DNA of 64,000 bases from Lutibacter sp. (GTDB taxonomy: Bacteria > Bacteroidota > Bacteroidia > Flavobacteriales > Flavobacteriaceae), in the NCBI GenBank assembly GCA_036568005.1, contig DATCTJ010000026.1, forward strand, positions 4,142 to 68,141, given 5' to 3'. The notes under the pieces are model-generated. The model was not told the DNA's origin. It did not search any database and worked only from the letters and a program-made list of their open reading frames with translations. The translations under genes and the position numbers were made by a program. Shown here piece after piece: positions 57,387 through 64,000 of this stretch. Each line of letters opens with the position of its first letter. The first letter of the stretch is position 1.

Positions 57387-57482
57387 TAGTTAGCAGTTAT
57401 AGCTTGCTTTGTGTTTAATATTACCGCAGGCTACTGAATACTGCTCCTGAGAACTGCTACTGAATACTACCAACTTAAAGAT

Positions 57483-58355
57483 ATGGATACTAAAGAATTA
57501 CTTAAAAAAGTTCGTAAAATTGAGATTAAGACACGTCGCTTGTCTAATAACATATTTTCTGGCGAATATCACAGTTCGTTCAAAGGACGTGGTATGACTT
57601 TTTCTGAAGTTCGACAATACCAATATGGCGACGATATCAGGGCAATTGACTGGAATGTAACTGCACGCTACAATGAGCCTTTTGTAAAGGTTTTTGAAGA
57701 GGAAAGAGAATTAACGATGGTGTTAATAGTTGATGTCAGCGGCTCCGAATATTTTGGAACCACACAACAATTTAAACGAGATACCATTACAGAAATTGCG
57801 GCAACATTGGCTTTTTCGGCCATTCAAAACAATGACAAGGTTGGATTGCTTTTGTTTTCAGACCAGGTAGAATTGTACATTCCGGCAAAAAAAGGAAAAA
57901 GCCACGTATTGCGAATTATCAGGGAACTGATTGAATTTAAGCCAAAAAGCAAAAAAACAGACCTGAATGAAGCGCTTAAGTTTTTTTCAAGTGTGATGAA
58001 GAAAAAGGCCATTGTTTTTATCCTGTCAGATTTTATGGATACCCATTACGAACATACGTTAAAAATAGTTGGAAGAAAACATGATGTAACCGGAATCCGG
58101 ATTTATGACATTCACGAAAGCACAATTCCAAATTTAGGAATGGTGCCTATGCGTGATGCCGAAACAGGAAAAACGATGTTGGTAAATACCGCTTCAAAAA
58201 GCGTTAGAAATGGCTATAAAACACATTATTTATCATCAGTAGATTATTTTGAAAAAACCTTTACACATAGCGGTTCTGGAATCATCAGTTCTCAAATTGA
58301 CGAAAGTTATGTTAAAAAATTATTGGGTTATTTTAAGCGAAAAGGAGCTAAATAG
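57483..58355 (+). CDS. DUF58 domain protein (VWA-like partner of MoxR)
   Basis: GEYHSSFKGRGMTFSEVRQYQYGDDIRAIDWNVTAR, the canonical DUF58 signature. Confidence 0.85.
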   Translation: MDTKELLKKVRKIEIKTRRLSNNIFSGEYHSSFKGRGMTFSEVRQYQYGDDIRAIDWNVTARYNEPFVKVFEEERELTMVLIVDVSGSEYFGTTQQFKRDTITEIAATLAFSAIQNNDKVGLLLFSDQVELYIPAKKGKSHVLRIIRELIEFKPKSKKTDLNEALKFFSSVMKKKAIVFILSDFMDTHYEHTLKIVGRKHDVTGIRIYDIHESTIPNLGMVPMRDAETGKTMLVNTASKSVRNGYKTHYLSSVDYFEKTFTHSGSGIISSQIDESYVKKLLGYFKRKGAK

Positions 58356-58377
58356 CAAATGAATTTGAATGAATAAT

Positions 58378-58492
58378 AAATGAAACGAGCATTACAAATT
58401 TTGATACACAAGGGGATGATTAATGGCGAACCTACCTGCGGCAGGCAGGCAGCATCTGTTACCAATAATAAATAAAATTTAAACAGATGAAA
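58378..58492 (+). repeat. Intra-operonic repeat unit, copy B (with GC palindrome)
   Basis: Colinear with 3404-3518. It ends in AGATGAAA, which supplies the ATG at 58487. Confidence 0.8.
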
Positions 58493-59398
58493 AAACGAAT
58501 AGTTTATATATTGTTTTTTATTGGTATTATAAGTTTTGCACAGGAAAATCCGGTGTCAGCACTTATAGATACTGCCGCCATAAGAATTGGTGAGCAAATT
58601 CAATATAAAATATCGGTAAATAAAACCGGCAGGGTAATTTTTCCAAAATTACAGTTAGACAGTTTGGGAAAAGTGGAGTTGGTGGAATCGTTGCCCGTGG
58701 ACACTTTAAAAGACACGTACGAAAAAAAATATGTGCTAACAAGTTTCGACAGCGGGAGTTATATCATACCAAAACAACAAGTGCTTATAAACAACAAAGC
58801 TTTTTTTACAGATTCATTGTTAGTGAGTGTGGCCACGGTTAAAGTAGACACCTTAAAACAGCAAATGTTTCCCATAAAAGCCATTAAAAGCGAACCTAAA
58901 ACATTTGATGATTATAAACCATTGCTTTGGTGGATTTTGCTGATTTTAGCAATAATTGCAACAGCTTTGTATTTCATCTTAAGAAAGAAAGAGAAAAAGG
59001 AAGTGCCAATAATAATTGTTGCGCCAATACAGGAGGCTTTGCAGCGATTAAAGGAATTAGACGAAAAACAATTGCTTCAGCAAAACAAGATAAAAACATA
59101 TTATACAGAACTTACGGATATTGTAAGAACATATATAGAAAAAGACATTTATATTCCTGCTTTGGAATCGACCACAAATGAATTGATAGATACCATTAAT
59201 GATTTTAATGAGTCGAGCAAATTAGGAATATCAAAAGAAACAATTCGAGAATTGAAAGAGGTTTTGGAAAGTGCCGATATGGTAAAATTTGCAAAATCTA
59301 AACCAATTGTTGAAGAAATAAAAGCGCACAGAAATTTATCTGAACGCATTTTACAAAATTTAAAACCGGCAAAAGAAACAAAAAATGAAGTGGAATAA
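58487..59398 (+). CDS. Bat-operon membrane protein of unknown function (signal peptide plus one central TM segment)
   Basis: Signal peptide and a TM segment (LLWWILLILAIIATALYFIL). It sits in the conserved position between DUF58 and batA and overlaps the batA start by 14 nt. Confidence 0.6.
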   Translation: MKKRIVYILFFIGIISFAQENPVSALIDTAAIRIGEQIQYKISVNKTGRVIFPKLQLDSLGKVELVESLPVDTLKDTYEKKYVLTSFDSGSYIIPKQQVLINNKAFFTDSLLVSVATVKVDTLKQQMFPIKAIKSEPKTFDDYKPLLWWILLILAIIATALYFILRKKEKKEVPIIIVAPIQEALQRLKELDEKQLLQQNKIKTYYTELTDIVRTYIEKDIYIPALESTTNELIDTINDFNESSKLGISKETIRELKEVLESADMVKFAKSKPIVEEIKAHRNLSERILQNLKPAKETKNEVE

Positions 59399-60392
59399 TT
59401 TTGAATTTTTACATCCGCAGTTTTTTTGGTTATTGGTGCTTTTGCCATTGTTGGCTATTTGGTATTTTTTAATCAGAAAAGGCGACAGTGCAACATTAAC
59501 TATTTCTAGCACAAAAGGATTTGAAGCAAAATCTTCAATTTGGTCGAAATTAAAACCTTTGCTCTATGTTCTAAGACTGTTGGCAATCGCTTTGTTAATT
59601 ATTGCAATGGCCCGTCCCAGAACAGTTGAGATGAGTAAGAACACCAAAACAAACAAAGGAATTGATATAGTGATGGCCATTGACGTATCGGCAAGTATGT
59701 TGGCGCGTGATTTAAAACCAAACCGATTGGAAGCCTTAAAGGCTGTAGCCATGGAATTTGTGAATCAACGTCCGAATGATAGAATAGGAATTGTGGTGTA
59801 CGCAGGCGAAAGTTTTACCCAAACGCCTATTACCAGCGATAAAAGAATTGTTTTGAGCACGCTTTCTGAACTTAAATGGGGAGAACTTGATGGCGGAACA
59901 GCCATTGGAATGGGATTGGGATCGGCGGTAAACCGATTAAAAGAAAGCAAAGCCATAAGTAAAGTAATTATTTTATTGACCGATGGCGTTAACAATACCG
60001 GATTTGTTGATCCTAAAACAGCCACAGAATTGGCCGTTGGCCAAGGCATAAAAGTTTATACAATTGGTATTGGCACAAATGGAATGGCGCCATTTCCTTA
60101 TGCAAAAGACCCAACATCAGGTGAGATATTATTTAGGACTGCTGTAGTGGAAATTGACGAGTTATTATTGAAATACATCGCGCAGCAAACAGGAGGAATT
60201 TATTTTAGAGCAACAGACAACACAAAGTTAAAAGCAATTTATAACGAAATTAATAAGCTTGAAAAAACAGAAGTAGAAGAGTTTAAGTATTACAATTATG
60301 AGGAAAAATACAGATTCTTGGTTTTATTGGCGGGCTTGCTTTTGTTAATAGAATTTGCATTAAAGAATACTGTTTTTAGAAGTTTTATATAA
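59385..60392 (+). CDS. batA: VWA-domain membrane protein BatA
   Basis: Two N-terminal TM segments, MIDAS motif DVSASM, LLTDGVNN, and a C-terminal TM segment. Confidence 0.85.
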   Translation: MKWNNFEFLHPQFFWLLVLLPLLAIWYFLIRKGDSATLTISSTKGFEAKSSIWSKLKPLLYVLRLLAIALLIIAMARPRTVEMSKNTKTNKGIDIVMAIDVSASMLARDLKPNRLEALKAVAMEFVNQRPNDRIGIVVYAGESFTQTPITSDKRIVLSTLSELKWGELDGGTAIGMGLGSAVNRLKESKAISKVIILLTDGVNNTGFVDPKTATELAVGQGIKVYTIGIGTNGMAPFPYAKDPTSGEILFRTAVVEIDELLLKYIAQQTGGIYFRATDNTKLKAIYNEINKLEKTEVEEFKYYNYEEKYRFLVLLAGLLLLIEFALKNTVFRSFI

Positions 60393-60498
60393 ATTGTTGA
60401 GTTGTTTAGCCGTATAATCGTGTAAACGTTATAAGAAACTTGATAAAGTAAAATTAATCGAACTAATAAATAAAAGAATAATAATTAAATCCTAAAAA

Positions 60499-60870
60499 AT
60501 GTACTTATACTCATTTGAAAAATTAGAAGTTTGGAAGGAATCAATAAAATTGGTTAAGACGGTTTATGTTTTGACAAATAATTTCCCTGAAAATGAGAAG
60601 TTTGGTTTGGTTAGCCAATTGCGCAGAGCAACAATTTCTATTTCTTCAAATTTAGCTGAAGGAACATCAAGAAGCACAAATAAAGATAAAGCACATTTTA
60701 CAACGATGGCTTTTAGTTCATTAATGGAAGTTTTAAATCAATTAATCCTAGCAAAGGAACTTAATTTTATTGCTGAAAAAGATTATGATAAGGTAAGAGA
60801 AGACATTAATAAAATATCAAATATGTTAAACGCTTTTAAGAAAATCACAATTAAACAATTAAACGAATAA
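60499..60870 (+). CDS. Four-helix-bundle protein (23S rRNA intervening-sequence protein / Avd family)
   Basis: LEVWKESIKLVKTVY, QLRRATISISSNLAEG, and the size (123 aa) are typical of PF05635-type proteins. Confidence 0.85.
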   Translation: MYLYSFEKLEVWKESIKLVKTVYVLTNNFPENEKFGLVSQLRRATISISSNLAEGTSRSTNKDKAHFTTMAFSSLMEVLNQLILAKELNFIAEKDYDKVREDINKISNMLNAFKKITIKQLNE

Positions 60871-60882
60871 ACATTAAAAAAA

Positions 60883-61950
60883 ATGTATCAAATAGAGGAA
60901 CCGACATATTTTTATTATTTGGCAATTATCCCCGCAATAATTGTGCTGTTTCTTTTGGTGCTTTGGTGGAAATCACGCATTCAAAAGCGATTTGCAGATC
61001 ACAAATTAATAAAAAAATTAAGTCCGGAAAAATCAACCTTTAAATCGTTTTTAAAGTTATTTGTTTTTTGTTTTGCCCTGTTCTTTTTAATTATATCATT
61101 GGCAAACCCTAAAATGGGAACAAAATTAGAAACAGTTAAACGCGAAGGTGTTGATATTGTTTTTGCTTTGGATGTTTCAAAAAGTATGGAGGCCGAAGAT
61201 ATTGCGCCAAACCGGTTGGAAAAAGCCAAGCAAATTATCACAAAAGTGATAGAAAACTTGGGAAGCGACCGCATAGGAATTATTATTTATGCAGGAAGTT
61301 CGTATCCGCTGCTTCCAATCACAACGGATTATGCCGCGGCAAAGATGTTTTTGCAAAATGCAAACACAGAGATGGTTTCCAATCAAGGAACAGCTATAAA
61401 TGACGCAATTGATCGCGCACTTTCTTATTATGACAATGATGAGCAAACCAACCGATTTCTTGTGATAGTTTCAGATGGTGAAGACCACGAAGAAAACACC
61501 ATGGAATTGGCTAAAGAAGCTGCGGAAAAAGGAATAAAAATTTATACTGTGGGCATTGGAACTGCAAAAGGAGGCCCTATTCCAATTAGGGAGAACGGAA
61601 GGGTTGTTGCTTATAAAAAGAACAATAAAGGAGCGGTGGTTGTCACCCAAATGAATGAACAAGTTTTAAGGGATATTGCCATCGCTGGAAAAGGAAAATA
61701 CATAAATGGAAATAAAACGCAGGAAACCATTGAAATTATTAAAGAAGTTTTGAAAAAAGCCGAAAAAAACGAGTTTGAGACCAAACAATTTTCAGATTAT
61801 GAAGATCAGTTTCAGTGGTTTGTGGGCATTGGTTTATTGTTGTTAATTATTGACGTAATATTACTTGAAAAGAAAACAAAATGGATTCAAAAACTAAATT
61901 TATTTAATGAAAAGAGCCTCACAGCTGATGATACAAAAAGGAATGACTAA
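60883..61950 (+). CDS. batB: VWA-domain membrane protein BatB
   Basis: TM segments, MIDAS motif DVSKSM, VSDGEDHE, and a C-terminal TM segment. Confidence 0.85.
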   Translation: MYQIEEPTYFYYLAIIPAIIVLFLLVLWWKSRIQKRFADHKLIKKLSPEKSTFKSFLKLFVFCFALFFLIISLANPKMGTKLETVKREGVDIVFALDVSKSMEAEDIAPNRLEKAKQIITKVIENLGSDRIGIIIYAGSSYPLLPITTDYAAAKMFLQNANTEMVSNQGTAINDAIDRALSYYDNDEQTNRFLVIVSDGEDHEENTMELAKEAAEKGIKIYTVGIGTAKGGPIPIRENGRVVAYKKNNKGAVVVTQMNEQVLRDIAIAGKGKYINGNKTQETIEIIKEVLKKAEKNEFETKQFSDYEDQFQWFVGIGLLLLIIDVILLEKKTKWIQKLNLFNEKSLTADDTKRND

Positions 61951-62087
61951 TGGCGAATAGCAGCTGTACCAACAAAAAAATAAAATATAAACAGATGAAA
62001 CGAGCCATAACAAATTCTGATACACAGCAGAATGATAAATGGCGACTGCATCTGTATAAATAAAAAATAAAATATAAAGAGATGAAA
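61929..62087 (+). repeat. Intra-operonic repeat, 1.5 tandem units (C1 partial, C2 full), both lacking the GC palindrome
   Basis: 61993-62087 is colinear with copy A except for a 20-nt deletion at the palindrome site. 61929-62000 matches the 3' two-thirds of the unit. Confidence 0.75.
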
Positions 62088-62864
62088 AATAGCATTTTCA
62101 TATTATTATTAAGTGTTACATCTTTAGTGTTTTCCCAGCAAAAAGATTCAAAAGATTTGGAACGTGAAGCAAGAAAGGATGTAAGAGAAGGAAACGTATT
62201 ATACAATCAGCTAAAATTTGAAGAGGCTGAAATTGCGTATAAAAAGGCTTTGGACAAAAATCCGAATTATGGTAAAGCATCTTATAATTTGGGAAACACC
62301 ATTTACCAGCAAAACAAAAATAAAGAAGCAGTTTTTCAATATGATTTGGCTGAAAAAATAGCGCCGGACAAAATGAGCAAAGCCGAGATATTTCATAATA
62401 TGGGGAATTCCTTTATGAAAGAAAAACAATACGATAAAGCCGTGGCTGCTTATAAAAATTCTATGCGCAATAATTCCAAAGATGAAGAAACACGCTATAA
62501 TTTGGCCATGGCGCAAGAATTATTGAAAAATCAGCAAAACCAAGACAATAAAGATAATAAGGACGACAACAAAGACAATAAAAACAAAGACCAAAAGGAC
62601 AAAGAAGGCGGAGACAAAGATAAAAAGGACGAAAAGGACAAAGAACAGGACAAGGGGAAAGACAAAGAAGATGATAAAGGCGACCCTAAAAAGGACAAAG
62701 ATGACCCTCAAAATCAAAATCAGAAACCTAGGCCTAATCAGTTGTCGCCTGAACAAATGAAACAATTGCTTGAGGCAATGAATAATGAAGAAAATAAAAC
62801 ACAAAAAAAATTAAATGCCCAAAAAGCAAGAGGGCGAAAAATTAAACAAGAAAAGGATTGGTAA
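62082..62864 (+). CDS. batC: TPR protein BatC with a K/D/E-rich low-complexity tail
   Basis: Signal peptide, TPR motifs (FEEAEIAYKKALDKNPNY; YDKAVAAYKNSMRNN), then NKDNKDDNKDNKNKDQKDKEGGDKDKKDEKDKEQDKGKDKEDD. Confidence 0.8.
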   Translation: MKNSIFILLLSVTSLVFSQQKDSKDLEREARKDVREGNVLYNQLKFEEAEIAYKKALDKNPNYGKASYNLGNTIYQQNKNKEAVFQYDLAEKIAPDKMSKAEIFHNMGNSFMKEKQYDKAVAAYKNSMRNNSKDEETRYNLAMAQELLKNQQNQDNKDNKDDNKDNKNKDQKDKEGGDKDKKDEKDKEQDKGKDKEDDKGDPKKDKDDPQNQNQKPRPNQLSPEQMKQLLEAMNNEENKTQKKLNAQKARGRKIKQEKDW

Positions 62865-62868
62865 AAAA

Positions 62869-64000
62869 ATGAAAAGTGCAAAGTTTTACATAGTTACCAT
62901 TTTAATGTTGGCTTCCCAAGCAATTTTGGCTCAGATGGAGTTTAAAACCTCTGTGAGCAAAACTAGTTTGGGCTTGAACCAGCGCTTTAGAATTGAGTTT
63001 TCTGTTGATAAACAAGGAGCAGATAATTTTAAACCACCTTCATTTGCCGATTTTAAAGTTGTGGGCGGCCCAAGTTCATCCGTAAGCCAATCATGGATTA
63101 ATGGAAAAGCAAGCTATTCTCAAACTTATATCTATATACTTGAGCCAAAAAATGAGGGTGAATTTATTATTGAACCCGCTTCTATAGAGTATGAAAATGA
63201 AATTGTGAAATCTAACGCTGTTAAATTAACAGTATCAAAATCCATAGAAGTTCCTAAAGACCCTAATAACCCTGAATATGTTGCACAGCAAAACATACAT
63301 TTGGTGGCAGAAGTGTCTAATTTAAATCCGTATGTGGGTGAAGGTATTTATGTGGTTTATAAACTATTTGTAAGTCAAAATATCAGTGTAAACGATTGGC
63401 GTGTAAGTGAATCTCCGCAGTACAACGGTTTTTGGAACCAAGATATTGAAGTTACAGATATCAATGTTCAAAATGGGAAATATAATGGCGAGGATTATCG
63501 GTTTTTGGTTCTTAAAAGAGCCGTACTAATTCCTCAACGATCTGGAGAATTAATTATCGAACCTATGAAAATGGACTTTTCAGTGGGTATTCCAACTGGA
63601 AGAGGCGATTTTTTTGGAAATATGATTACCAGAAATATTAGTTATTCCACAGAATCAGCCATTCGAAATGTAAGGGTGAAAGCTTTACCTACAGAAGGAA
63701 AGCCAGATGATTTTTCTGGAGCGGTAGGCGAATTTGAATTCAGTGTTTTGGCCGATAAAAATGTATTAAAAGCCAATGATGCAGCACAAATAAAAGTTGA
63801 AGTAAAAGGAAGCGGTAATTTAAAATTATTTGAAATCCCTAAAATAATCACTCCGGTTGAATTGGAAGCTTATACCCCAGAACACAAAGAAGAGGTAATC
63901 ACTTCTTTAAGTGGTTTGCGGGGCGCTATTTCAGATACTTACACGGTTGTACCACAGTTTAAGGGGAAATATAAAATTCCGGAAGTTACATTTTCTTATT
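62869..64000 (+). CDS. batD: BatD-family protein, 5' partial (runs off the window)
   Basis: Not in the ORF track because no stop is reached. Manual translation from the ATG at 62869 stays open to 64000 (MKSAKFYIVTILMLASQAILAQ ... LPTEGKPDDFSGAVGEFEF ...), typical of BatD. Confidence 0.8.
   Translation, partial: MKSAKFYIVTILMLASQAILAQMEFKTSVSKTSLGLNQRFRIEFSVDKQGADNFKPPSFADFKVVGGPSSSVSQSWINGKASYSQTYIYILEPKNEGEFIIEPASIEYENEIVKSNAVKLTVSKSIEVPKDPNNPEYVAQQNIHLVAEVSNLNPYVGEGIYVVYKLFVSQNISVNDWRVSESPQYNGFWNQDIEVTDINVQNGKYNGEDYRFLVLKRAVLIPQRSGELIIEPMKMDFSVGIPTGRGDFFGNMITRNISYSTESAIRNVRVKALPTEGKPDDFSGAVGEFEFSVLADKNVLKANDAAQIKVEVKGSGNLKLFEIPKIITPVELEAYTPEHKEEVITSLSGLRGAISDTYTVVPQFKGKYKIPEVTFSY

Noticed and set aside
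62520-62804. 94-aa and 101-aa minus-strand ORFs (62211-62516 and 62520-62804)
   Set aside because: They are antisense to batC, including its K/D-rich low-complexity tail, and the translation is F/L/V-rich nonsense.
1-64000. CRISPR arrays, rRNA operons, transposases, integrases, prophage or known multi-gene defence systems
   Set aside because: No regularly spaced direct repeats, no rRNA-like sequence, and no ORF with DDE, tyrosine/serine recombinase, Cas, restriction-modification or toxin-antitoxin hallmarks were found. The helicase-nuclease genes look like housekeeping AddAB-type repair genes.

Overview
AT-rich chromosomal window with the gene content and signals of a Flavobacteriia (Bacteroidota) genome: SusC/SusD pair, TAnnTTTG-type -7 boxes, no Shine-Dalgarno use, thrombospondin-repeat OmpA proteins and a Bat/aerotolerance operon. 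Most of it is housekeeping: two-domain ABC ATPase, EnvC-like/DUF4292 pair, dprA, mfd, AddA-like and AddB-like helicase-nucleases, kbl, OmpA paralogs, MATE, queD, pth-rplY-prs, tRNA-Leu, an NfnAB-like oxidoreductase pair, dsbD, dCMP deaminase, S41 peptidase and lpxH. It also holds one polysaccharide utilisation locus at 35.3-48.8 kb (LuxR/Y_Y_Y regulator, SusC, SusD, GH144-like, GH3, and a lipoprotein with four CBM-like repeats) and the operon moxR-DUF58-X-batA-batB-batC-batD. No transposase, integrase, CRISPR array or rRNA is visible. The most interesting signals are three kinds of very small, apparently selfish or structured DNA. (1) A GIY-YIG nuclease ORF sits between a dead 32-nt copy of the 5' part of tRNA-Leu(CAA) and the intact tRNA, and its stop codon abuts tRNA nucleotide +1. 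(2) A repeat unit of about 87-107 bp, bounded by AGATGAAA, has 4-5 copies. Each lies inside an operon immediately upstream of, and co-oriented with, a gene for a signal-peptide protein. It often supplies that gene's ATG, and once it supplies the stop codon of the gene before it. (3) A discrete 20-nt GC-rich palindrome behaves as an independent indel. It is present or absent within the repeat units, inserted in the dead tRNA fragment, and apparently inserted in frame inside mfd. A four-helix-bundle (23S-IVS/Avd-family) gene bracketed by an inverted repeat also splits batA from batB. All family assignments rest on motif recognition by eye; no searches were run.
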